DNA of 60,206 bases from Rhina ancylostomus. Lineage: Eukaryota. The position numbers and the translations under genes were made by a program. Below, in pieces: positions 37,006-48,502 of this stretch (position 1 is the first letter of the stretch; every line of letters begins with the position of its first letter). The notes under the pieces are model-generated. The model was not told the DNA's origin and searched no databases. It saw only the letters and a list, made by a program, of their open reading frames with translations. The DNA is taken from contig JARFYF010000001.1 in NCBI GenBank assembly GCA_030265395.1, positions 100,682,778 to 100,742,983 of the forward strand. The letters run 5' to 3'.

Positions 37006-37844
37006 CAGGGATCTTTGAAGAAATATGGGGAGTGTGTGTGATGCTGGAGTGGTTGGGAAAGAAACACAAAGTGTGACAACTTTCTACCCTCACAGCCTCT
37101 TGCTCTGTGTGCCTTTCAGGAGCAACATATACTTCCTGGCATTCAGAAATGCCCACCCTCTCTGCAGAAGTGATCTCAGCAGAGGTTCTAATCCAATGTC
37201 AGATCTCAGCCTTTCCATGGAGACTGAGTTAGGGTGGAAACTGTCTAAGTGGTTGACGACCATGGTTCTCCCTCTCCTGATAGCTGGCTTATTGAATGAA
37301 ATGTTAGCGCAAAGCTCATGGCACATAAAGCAAGTGCTTAAGGATCAAGGGGAGGAGAATTCCAAGCAGCAGATTTTAAAGTAATGGTGCTCACTCTCAA
37401 ACCTTTTCTGTCACTGAACAACAGGAGAAATGACTCTGAAGACAAGCAACCCTAACAGCTCAATTTAATAAAATGATTTTGTAGCTGGAAATACTGCAAG
37501 GGAAGCTGGTTATTTCAGTGTGCCACCCTCTAGTAAAGGCCATTATTATGGCTCAGGGATGGATGAAGCAGAGAGGGTAAAAGTACATTGGGCTGGGTGT
37601 AGGTCAAAGAGAAATATACTTGTCACAGGAAGGTTGCCAATATAAGTGCTACCCCTGTGCTGCTTCCCTTTGCAGATGTTGTTTTACACTCCATCTTAAC
37701 AGCACTTCACTGTAAGCTTGTTGCTACATCACAGGGGGTGATGCACAACACTCACAAACTGTTTGTATGTTTTCCACAAGTGGCAGCATGCACATCATTT
37801 TGTAGGGCTCTTTGTTGTGGGTGAAAAGTGGGATTTGAAAAAAA

Positions 37845-38365
37845 GACAGACCTGCATTTAAATAGTGCCACTCATGACCTTTCAGAATGTCCCAAAAGCA
37901 CTTTATAGCTAGTGAGTTACTTTTGAAATGTGGTCACAGCTATAATGTAGGAAATGTGGCATTCAATTTGCACACAATGATAATGATTTTGTGGTAAGAT
38001 GTTTGCACTCTACCCATTGTGAGGCAGGTACCAGTTGTAAGCACACTGTCCATATCACATGGTTGAGTGGTGAGCTACTCGCATATGTTGGCTTGTGGAC
38101 AGGGCAATTGGATGAAGCATGTTAATACTATATTCCACATAACTACATATATTCCAGGTCTATATATTCATAACATGGACATATTAGCATCTGAATATGA
38201 TGGGAGATTTACCGAATTCCTGTGAGGAAGAGTCTTCAGAGACTGTAGCCTGCAAAAGACAACACCTCCAACAGTGTCACTTGAGACTTTGTGCTAAGTC
38301 TCTGGACTGAGAAATGAATTTAGAACCTTCAGGCTCAGAGGCTAGAGTGAACAAGACTGACACCA
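37845..38365 (-). mobile_element. Ancient Deu-domain SINE (SacSINE1/AmnSINE-like) with L2-type tail, interrupted
   Basis: Antisense tail 'cctgcatttaaatagtgcc...gtcccaaaagcactttatagc...cttttgaaatgtggtcac.gc.taatgtaggaaa' and head/Deu region 'aaagacaacacctccaacagtg...tgtgctaagtctctgga...aaccttcaggctcagaggctagagtg'. Confidence 0.65.
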
Positions 38366-38994
38366 TAAATAATAAATGGCATGACTAAAGTTCCTGGGCT
38401 CCTTGGCTCTAGATCACACATCTTTCTTGTCCAGATTCACCCTGTTGCTATGAGATATCCCTGGCTCCACAACCATTCTGAAGCCCAGATTTTTGCTTGT
38501 GAATAAACCTGGTCTTGCTGAGGAAACACACAGTAGCAACAAAATAATGCCAAAACCTCATGTGTGAAGATGCCAGAAGCATTGCACCCAAGCACATGAT
38601 TTAAATTTGCCAAATACTAGTGTAACCACAACAACTATATCAACACTGCCTCCTGATCCATGACAGGTAAACACCAATCACCTCCATCCTAAGAGATCAT
38701 CCACCTCATGTCTTCCACCCACCAAGGAACAATGGGAAGGAATATATGGAACAGAGAATACTTGGACCAAAGAACAGTGAACGCAATCACATCCCATGAA
38801 ATGTTTGGATGAGTTAACTTCAGATTAACTGTTACTCAAATACATTATGAGAAGTTGTATGAACTGAGGTTGTAAAATGTATATTTCACCTGAGTCATGG
38901 ATTAATCAAATACAAATATTTTAAAGACCCGCTGTGGTGATTTAAAAACTTGACTTAAGATGTGCTGGTTGCTGTTGTGCAACTTCTCCAAACT

Positions 38995-40105
38995 GCTTTC
39001 AGACAATTCCTTTTCACAACGTGANNNNGTACTGGGTGCCTCAGGTAGTGATCACTTGTCACCTTGGCTGGGCTATCATTGCAGCATCCAGCTTTATATA
39101 TGGATGGACTTCATCTCCTCCATCAATTTCCACTATCAGCCATAGACTCCCACAGCTACACTCAGCACATTATGTCCAATCCCATTTCCTGTGGGAACTC
39201 CATTCTATATTCCCAGTTTCTGTTTCCCTTGCAGCTGCTCGCGATACCACCTTCTACACCAGTGCTTCCCACACGACCTCCTTTTAACTCAGCCAAGGAT
39301 TCCCTTCTTTGGACAGAGCAATGGTAGCAAAACTCAAATATGAGTGGTAACAGGACCAGTAAGCGAAGGAAAGGTGAGGTTAGGAGAGGAGTGACGGAGG
39401 CAGGGGAATGCTTAACTGAAACTGATGAACTCACAAGCTGGAAATCCATAATGTGCTTCATCTGGAGGAGTTGATGTTTAGTCGCTTGAGATTTAGTTGA
39501 AGTTCATTGGAGCTTGGACAGTAAAGGAAAGAGACTGATCAAACCATAGCACTGGTGTTATGCTGTTGACTGATGAAGTGCTCCATAGAATGCTCACCCT
39601 GTCTCCCCAGGGAAGTTGTGTTGGGTATGAGCGAGGAGTGAATGGTATGGCTGGGGGTGGTATCGCCGAGGGAATGGGTCCTTTGGGATGCTGAAAGGGA
39701 GGCTGTGGAGTCTGTATCTATGGTGGCAATGCTTGAGATGAGGATGAACCTTTAACTATGAAGGCTAGCAGAATGGAAAGTGGGGACAAAAAGGGTCGGA
39801 GAAAATATTGATCAGACGTGTAGGAGGAGGAGGAGACATGGTGGAAGAGTGTGATGGCAAAGTATGGTGGCCTTTGGTGTGGGCCTGTCAACGTTTCAAG
39901 AATTGAATCTTTGCTGCCATCACTTAATTACTGCATCTTGCGATAGAAGCTCTAGGCTACTGTACTTCTAACATTGTCTATTTCTGATAAAGGGTAATTG
40001 ACTTGAAACATTAACTTTGTTTTTCAACCTCATCTGAACTGCTATTTCCAACGGTTTCTCTTTCTATTTCAAATTTCCAGCATGCCCAATATTTGTTCTT
40101 TATTC
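38995..40105. mobile_element. Rearranged PLE relic: RT piece (+), inverted RT piece (-) and terminal repeat (+)
   Basis: About 39130-39290 + resembles YQPxDSHSY..ISCGNSILYSQFL; 39330-39870 antisense PLE-like; 39982-40100 'tctgataaagggtaattgacttgaaacattaact'. Confidence 0.6.
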
Positions 40106-40546
40106 ACTCAGAATGATTGCAATAATAATTTTCCACTACCCGCACTGTGTTGGCCAGTTCAGAAGTGCGGGGATTTTTCTTCAGTTGATAGTGCAGCATG
40201 ATGTTGTCACGATTGGGTGAGGGGTGGAAAATGATTGAAAAATATCTATTGTGAACCATGTTATTGATGTTGAATTACAGCCTTTAAATATGGAACAACA
40301 TATGTTTAATATGTTGAAGTATCTGAATGTCCATGTTGACCTGTGACAAAATGGCCAAGCACAGTGAAATTAATTAATCAGACCATTTTTATGCATTAGA
40401 CTCTTCCTAGTAACAGGATGTAATTACAGCAGTCTCCAGGTTACTTAAGGGTTGCATTCCTGAGAACTGCCCATAAGCTGATTTCACCATAAGTAAGAAA
40501 CACCATTTTTCTACAGAAACCCATACCGCATCACTCTACATACACA

Positions 40547-40722
40547 ATGAAAAACACAATGATGCTGGATGAACTCAACAGGTCAGGCGGCATCCGTGGA
40601 GAAAGGCAGGTGGTCAATGTTTCGGGTCAGGACCCTTCTTCAGAACTCCACGGATGCTGCCTGGCCTGCTGAGTTCCTCCAGCATCATCGTGTTTTTCAT
40701 CTAGATTCCAGCATCTGCAGTC
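40547..40722. mobile_element. Young fold-back Penelope-terminus element
   Basis: 55-bp inverted arms 40547-40601 / 40646-40700 with 5 mismatches. Confidence 0.85.
40612..40648 (-). ncRNA. Minimal hammerhead ribozyme-like core (PLE type)
   Basis: Minus strand CTGAAGA-A-GGGTC-CT-GACCC-GAAAC: CUGANGA box, stem II and GAAA box; stem I/III and cleavage triplet appear decayed. Confidence 0.55.
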
Positions 40723-43446
40723 NNNNNNNNNNNNNNNNNNNNNNNNNNNNNNNNNNNNNNNNNNNNNNNNNNNNNNNNNCCTCTAACACTACCCATAATG
40801 AAACTAATAGAATGTATACCATATCCAGTCATTAAAGAAGACCATGTAACATTTTACTAGTATCACCACTAGCTTGGAAAATGCTTTAAAAATATCTGGG
40901 AGAATTTGTTTAAAGTCAGATTCCTGTAAGTCAGGTCATTTGTAATCCAGGGACCCCTTGTACATGTATGGTTCAATCGTCACATTATGTGGAAGAGACT
41001 GTGCTGAAGAGATGTACTGTAGAAACATGTATTTCTTCGGCCCCTGATGGAATCACTTTTAGCAGGCATTGATATAATTTAACAAAAGGGTAATGCACTT
41101 CTTTGCAGGACTGAGACACGTCTTGGCTTGAAGTTGGTGTAAGATGGTAACCAGAGTCCCCCCTGCTGTAGTCTCATCTAACTGCAACATGTCCTGACTT
41201 CTCCAACCTTTGTTCAGGCCCATGAACCAGTGGGGACCAAATTTTAAGTGGCCATTTCTTTAGCCNNNNNNNNNNAAACTAAATATTATAGGATTAAAAC
41301 ACTGAGGTATGGAACAACACACAAATCAGTCAAGAATCTTTGGTCAGCATATTGTTTGTGCTCATCCTGTTAAGTTAGGTGAGTGTGGCTACTTAAATGT
41401 GAATTCATACAGAACTGCAGAAACAAGATTTAAATGATTTCACAGAAATATTTATCGTGTATCCAGCAATATTTACGTCTTGCTTTTCAGTACTTGCTTT
41501 GTTGAGTGTCTTTGGGACTCTTATGTGTTTGGCATTGTTAATGTGCTGCAGCAACTCACTGACAACCCCACTGACTTTGTGAGCGAGGAATGAATCATGC
41601 TGCGGTTTGTTGTTTTGACCTATTAAAAGTGTCATAAATGCAAGTAGTTGTTGTTAGCATAGACCCCTCAAGAACATTAATGGTGTCCATTACCTCATTG
41701 GAATACCTGGAGATTGTATTTGACCAGGGATACTTATTCTGCATAAGCCTTCCCATGAAAGTGTGCAGGATTTTGCAAGGTGATCAGTTAGTTATCCAGA
41801 TGATTAAAACTAATTTGAAAATATTTTTTATAGTTTACATTAGTTTCCTTCTCTCAGTTCTGGCACAATTTGATGAAAAGTGGGTGATTTGTGTTGCCTC
41901 ACCCAATGGCCTTCTCCATGCATTGTCATTGGCTAATGTTCTATGGGGTGGGAAGTGCCATTACCATTACCACCGAGTTCTGTCTATGCTCAGCTTATAT
42001 CATCATGTCCTCACCTGAGAACAGAGGGTAGAGAGCAGGAGCTCTGGCTAATTTTCTCCTCCTTGCCCAAGTATATTGAGTTAATTGCAATACTTCACTG
42101 CCTTACCTTCACTGGTCCATGGGATAATGAAATTACTTTTTTTTTGTTACAGGATTCAGGCATTTTCTGAGGAAAGTGTCCCCCTGTTGGAATAGATAGT
42201 CTCTTCTTCCTTCATGCAGTGAATATTCCTGCTCAGTAAAACTTGAACACAGATCATGCACTATTCTGGCCTGTGGTCAAATGTGCCTTGTATCACATAA
42301 TCTGAGCACACTTGGAGGCCTTCAGAAATAGTTGCATTCAACAGATGAAGGCCAAGATTCAACGTCACAAAATGTGATTGATTTAAAGCTTGGGAAAAAA
42401 TTATCATTTGCAAGGTGCATGAGAAATGTGTGATATGACTGAATTTCTGGGCACTTTGTATTTATTGTACATCACTTATCTGACCTCTTTATCTCAGTTT
42501 ATAAATGTATTCCACTGCAAGAAATGCTCATGTCATAACCTGCAAGTGCTACCTGGCACTTCAAAGAATGCACTGCAAATGATCTCTCCTCTGTTGTACC
42601 AGTTCTTTGGGCTGCACCTTTGCTGTGGATCTGGAAGCTTTCGGCTAAAAATGCCATCAACTCTGTGAATTTAGTTTACCATGCGTCACTAAACCTTATT
42701 TCCTGAGATGGCTTTTGGGAACCAGTTTCCAAGCCTCTCAACCTGCCTACTGATTAACATTATTTACACTAGTGACATATTCCAGTGTGCTTCTTCATGG
42801 CATCAAGATCTGTCTGTCTCTTTATTTTGCCTTCATTTGTGAGTAAGCATTTTCTGCATTATGGTATGATCATTGTCCACTCATTTATAAGAAGCAAAGA
42901 TCCTGCACTCACTGAACTCAGGCTGTTAGTTCTTGTTGTGATTCTGCCTTTATTGATGAGTAGTGAGGATTTGCTGTTTGTACATAATTAGCCCCAGCAG
43001 TGCTTTGTGCTCCACACAGAATAATTACCTTCATTTCTTATCCATTTGACACAAGTAAACTGGCAATGATAACATTGCCTCGCTGATTTCTCATCATTGC
43101 TATTCATTGTAGCAATCAGTTTATTGAGAAATTTACTGAAAATACTGTTATTAAATAATTAAAAATGCTTCTTTTTAAAAAATTCTGATGTGGACCAAAG
43201 GCCATTCATATTCAGGACATCTTCAGTGATGTGATCTAAAATAACAGGTATTATTGTTCCTCAGTGTGTTTAAAATAGATAATCTTGATGCAACGCTAAA
43301 ATAAAACTGTTGCTGTAAATCTTGTTGATACTGATGTTGTGAGCTTGAAACTGGATGTTTTCAGGGTTCGGAATACAGTGATGGATGGTAACCAGCTTTC
43401 TGAATGTGCTTTCATTATATACATTGTCAAACTTAGATTGTCCATC

Positions 43447-44002
43447 GCAAAAAATTACTAAGCTGCTGGAGGAACTCGGCAGGTCAGGCAGCAGTTGTGG
43501 AGACAGAGGAATGATTGACATTTTGGCTCGAGATCCTGCTTCAGGACTATCTGTGTAAAGGGGAAGTAGCCAGTATAAAGAGATGGCAGGGAGGGGTGAG
43601 GCAGGAGCTGGCAGGATCCAGGTGAGGATGGGTTGGTGGGCAGACAGAGCCAGGTGGGGGGGAGAGGGGCTATCTTCGCCCAGCTCCTGCCTCACTCCTC
43701 CCTCTCTCCTCTTTATGCTGCCTATCTTCCCTTTACACACTCAATCCTGAGGCAGGGTCTCGACCCAAAACATTGACAGATGCTGCCTAANNNNNNNNNN
43801 NNNNNNNNNNNNNNNNNNNNNNNNNNNNNNNNNNNNNNNNNNNNNNNNNNNNNNNNNNNNNNNNNNNNNNNNNNNNNNNNNNNNNNNNNNGAGGCAGGGT
43901 CTCGACCCAAAACATTGACAGATGCTGCCTATCCTGCTGGAGGTCTCAAGCAGCTTATTTTTTTGGTCCAAATCCCAGCATCTGCAGTCTCTTGTGTCTC
44001 TC
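43447..44002. mobile_element. Larger fold-back PLE terminal element (two inverted terminal repeats)
   Basis: 43460-43612 is an imperfect reverse complement of 43678-43790 (ggtgaggcaggagctgg / ccagctcctgcctcac; gtgtaaaggggaagtag / ctatcttccctttacac). Confidence 0.8.
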
Positions 44003-44128
44003 ATATTGTCTATCAACCTGGATAACAAATAGATTTCAGATTGAATTATTTTGTTTAATTCCATTCTGCAATTAAAAAGGCAATTTCATACACTGGAAAT
44101 CTGCCAAAATATGTAGTTAATAAAATTG

Positions 44129-44142
44129 CCACAAGGTGGCAG
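44129..44142 (+). promoter_or_regulatory. CTCF-like core motif
   Basis: CCACAAGGTGGCAG, 1 mismatch to CCASYAGRKGGCRS, in non-repeat DNA. Confidence 0.45.
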
Positions 44143-44304
44143 AAGATACTTGTTTTGCCAGATGTTTCTGGCAGTTGAGTAAACTAATGGCCTTTCACTT
44201 CATTTGTATTATTGAAGATTAAGTTGGATGAATGTATTTTAGTTGGTGCACAGACTACAACTTTCTCAAAATAAAATGTAATAACCTTCTGATCAGTGTC
44301 CTTC

Positions 44305-44356
44305 TTAGTTGGGCTGAAGGGCCTGTTTCTGTTCTGTATTACTTTATGACTCTAAA
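44305..44356 (+). mobile_element. Tiny CR1/SINE 3' tail
   Basis: 'gggctgaagggcctgtttctgttctgtattactttatgactcta'. Confidence 0.6.
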
Positions 44357-47300
44357 TATTTAGTGGCACAATTCAAAGCTTTTTGTGTACTTCTTAGTGC
44401 CTAAACTGGCATATAGTTAAGAAAGAGGCAAATAGGTTCAGAGTTCAATATGTATTAACTCACGTATTGCTCATGTTTTCTGGTAGATGGTAACTGAGTC
44501 ACAAATGATGTCTCTTTTTTTTCAGTACTGAGTGCCTAATTGTGAGTCTGCTTTGAAGAGAGTATTTTAAAGCTTATAGTTGAACAGAGGTGCTGTAAAA
44601 GTACAGAAGGATTGTGTATGTAACAATACATTCTAGTGGAAAACTAGATTTCATTGTCATGTGACCTTTTAAAATGACGCTATCCATTAAACTTGCGATA
44701 ATGCTGGCTGAATTGTTCAAGTAGCCTGATTTGTTCCTGCAGTGATGCATACAGCACCAGAGTTCTGATTAGAGTAAGCAAAAAGCCTGGTGTTTATGAT
44801 ATATTGAAAGCTGAATTTGCATTCAGCAGTATTAAGTGGTAACTTGTCTGCTAGGTTCTCCAGTAATGTATCTGCACTGTACTTCAAAAGTCACCTTTTA
44901 ACAATTACAGTGGCTTACCAGCTTGCTGAAGCAGTCAATTTTTATTTGGTTTTGAAGCAAAACCTTCCACAAAATTTGCACTCAGATCAAACGAGCTATC
45001 TACTGTGCAAATCCCATCATCAGCTCTCCATGTTATGTTGAGAAGCAAATGTTTTTGTATGTTTTTGGCTCATTACAGTGAGGAAGATTTGTGTTTGGAA
45101 ATCGAACACTTTCCCCACATCAGTCTCCTGTACTGAGATGAAGCAATTTGAGGTCAAATGTTCAATGGTTGAATGCAAAATAGAGATTTCAGCACTCAGT
45201 GTAAAGGTATGCCTTGCTTCTAGATTAGAAAAATAGAGAACTATATTGCTCTGTATATTTTCCATTTTCCCTACCAAAGTGTTGGTAAATTTATGAAATT
45301 ATATTTTGTCCATTTATGCCTGCTTGATTCCAAAGTCATTTGACCCAGATCATTTCGGAAAGCTTTTGAGTAAACAGCAAAAAGGAGGGACTTTCACCTA
45401 CTAGTGTAGGTTGGATGGAAACTCAGGTCCAAGAGGTGAAAGGGAACAAACTGATAAATGTTTGAACCTTGGGTCTCTGAGGACCAGCCAGCAGACAGTG
45501 GTACAATCCATCAGCCCATTAGATCGGGGAATTGGGGAACTGTATGGTTCAGCGGTTCAGCACCGAGTCATACAGCATACACCACTGCTGGATCCTTGTA
45601 TGTCCACTGAAACAGCCGTAGGATTAGCTTGTACTTCCCTTGGCTTGGTTGCCCGAAGGATTCAGTGATCCAGTTCCTTGTGTAACTGTCCCACAAAATC
45701 AGCAAATACATCACCACCTGCGCATTAACAAAGAATACTCCTTCCCTTCCAACAAAATAAAACCTTTATTTTGCTCTGCAGTGCGTGACACCACTTTCTC
45801 CCCAGCATTGCTGCCCTCTTCCTGTGCAACCATGAGTTAGCGTAGATGCAAATGTGTTATTATTAATGACTTGGCAGTGTGAGATAGTCAAAGCAGTATT
45901 GCAAGAATCTAGGCACCGACAATGTTCCTCAGTAACTGATTAGTAACTGAATGAACTACTTCTCCCTGCCATCCCTACCTGATTATTTTCAATTATTGGC
46001 TTATGTACCAATTAAGGGTAAGATTGTGCAGTTTCAATTATTGTTCATAGTTACAATTAGCTAGAGTAAAATAAATGTGACATTTATAAAAGGATTATCA
46101 TACTCTTACCATTTCACATGTGTGTGGGAACAGATGAGCTTTTCCAGCAAGGAAGGTGCCCTGTTAATCCTCATTGTTTGGTCTCAGGTAAGTGGACAGT
46201 CGTTGGTCCCATTGCACATGGGATAGAAATAGAATGTTATCCATTGCCCATTTGTAACCTGCGCAGGAAGTGTTTATGCATGTGTGGGGAGCATGAGCCT
46301 GGCTGTGATGTCTGTATAGTTCCAAGGCCTGTGCATACTCAGTGCCTAGATATTTGTGTCCATTTTCAGATGGCTGTGTGAGTCCAAAGAAATGCCCAGA
46401 CATGGGAAAGCACAATGTAAAACCACTTGTTTAATATCAATTGACAACTTTGCATATCTTCATAACTGGCGCTTTTCTCTAATTTAGTTTCAGTGAATCA
46501 CCTTGAGATATTTTAAAACTCAAAAAAGATATTTAGATATAAAGGATTAATAGAAATGAGAGAAGTAATAGCTCATCCAGGATTAGAGTTAAATTTTATT
46601 TATGCTCCAGGGTGGTAGTGTGTATTTTTCCATACAATATCTGAGACCTAAGCTGCTGATGTTTGATGCAGAAATATATTTCTCATCTATTCTACATATT
46701 TAAAAACAATCCTGTCTCACTGCACAATTTCCTGAGACAATCAATTTGCATAACTAACCTTTTTGAGAATAATTTCTAGCATAGTTTTTGTTATTTTGAC
46801 TTGAGTTGTCTCAGCTAAGATATTTTCTTCAGAAGGAAGAAAACTGGCAGTGTAATAGTTATGCCCACATTGCCTCTCTCACCAAGTGTAATTGTCCTAT
46901 AAATGCATCCAAGATCTCTTGTGGTGAACCATATTGTCCCTACTGACTCCTTAATGCCAACTGAATCTGCATATAGCAAAAGNNNNNNNNNNNNNNNNNN
47001 NNNNTGTTGGGGAAGTGGGTGTGAATTGGGGGGGGGGGCGTGGGATGGGGAGGGACAGTTTTAATATTTTAATTCAGGTAGTTTTTGTTGTAAAATCAGT
47101 CAACATTTATTTCAACCCACCTGAAATAAAATCTTTAGTTTGGATTTCAAACACATTTCTGGCAGTCAGATGGTGTTGCATAAGGGGAGGAGAAAATAAA
47201 ACATATGTTTATTTTCATTAATTTTGCCTGAGAACTCAGTGAGGTGCAGTAAATGTTGGAGAGAATCTCTTCCGCTTCCTTTCCTGGCTGTCGCATATAA

Positions 47301-48502
47301 CACACACATGCACACAGTTACACTGAAATCACACCCAACTGCACTGCCAGCGGGAATATTTGAATGAAATCAGTAGAAAATAAAATAAAAGTGTGTGTAT
47401 ATAATAATATTGCTGTTTGTTTTTCTTCAGGCTAACAGTAAACATTAAAGTGATCTTGTAATGCTGAAACACCCACATTTGTTCTGGCTTTGGGCTGTTT
47501 ATTTTTAATCAAGATTGATCATATTTTCTGTTGACACTCAAAAGTTTAAAAAAACAAAACAGATTTTCAACTTCCAAATTTTTAGAAGAGGGGAAAAAAA
47601 AAGCAACTGTGCAAATTCCTTTGTGGTCTGAGCTGACAAAGTATTTAGAGGTACGAATGCTGACCTAACTGCAATTCCGTGAGTTTAACTTCGACCTTAG
47701 ATTACAAGGATATTATCCAAAACACTTATTTCCATTGCTGTGTCAGGTTAGTCACGCAAGTAATGTTATCAGTGCTCCAGGGATTTGCTTTTTGCAGCTT
47801 CGTAGACAATTGCTTTGAAAGTGCTATCAGCAGGGGGAGAAAAGCAACAAAAAGGGAAAGTAACTGCTCTGCTATACACCCTAAGAAATGTGGTCCTCTT
47901 CAGCAGCAGTTTGGGGTAACAGTCCTCATGCTGCTTGCAAATCTGTGCTGATCTTAAAGGGGGATAGTCATTTTAAGAAAAGGTGCAACATGTATTATAG
48001 CTCAGCATCATTTCATAGCAACAATAGTTTATACAACTAATGTGTAAATAATTTAAAATATTGGAGTCATTGGGAAGAATGGAATGATTGTTTCCTGTGC
48101 TGCTGTAGCTAATTGAGCTTAATGGAATATAGTCCATTTAGTAAGTGGAGGTAAAATATTGGCCCAGAAATCACTGCTCAGCATCTCCTCATGGCCCCAC
48201 TTACCTTGTCTCAATGGGAGGACCAGTCTTGCTGGTCATCTCGTCCCAGAATCCAATGGTGTGTCTTGATGGTGATGGGACCATAACAATTTCATACAGC
48301 TGGCAAAGCTAGAGTCACTATTTGCCTGCTATAAAATCTGTAATTGATTCTTAAGCCTTTGAATGTCTCTGCTGTTCAGATATATTTAAAACAATTAAAA
48401 TTGAAATAAGTAAGTTAAAAAAATTAAGTAGCTTTTAAAAATAAGTTAACTGGTTAACTTTTTTTTAAAGAAAAGTGCTATTTTTGATCTGTTAAAAACT
48501 TT

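Larger units (their letters stand above)
40427..40960. mobile_element. Tigger/pogo-like MITE flanked by TA, hosting a fold-back PLE element
   Basis: TA-CAGCAGTCTCCAGGTTAC ... GTAATCCAGGGACCCCTTG-TA (imperfect TIRs, TA on both sides). Confidence 0.6.

Noticed and set aside
42009-42045. Minus-strand polypyrimidine-CAG|GTGAGG (and TACAG|GTAAGC near 12065-12085)
   Set aside because: Same motif class as the plus-strand recursive-site candidates but on the opposite strand; kept only as evidence of the background rate
43750-43930. Exact ~39-bp direct repeat either side of a 100-N gap (gaggcagggtctcgacccaaaacattgacagatgctgccta), suggestive of a tandem hammerhead dimer
   Set aside because: Identical sequence flanking a 100-N placeholder gap is most simply an unmerged contig overlap
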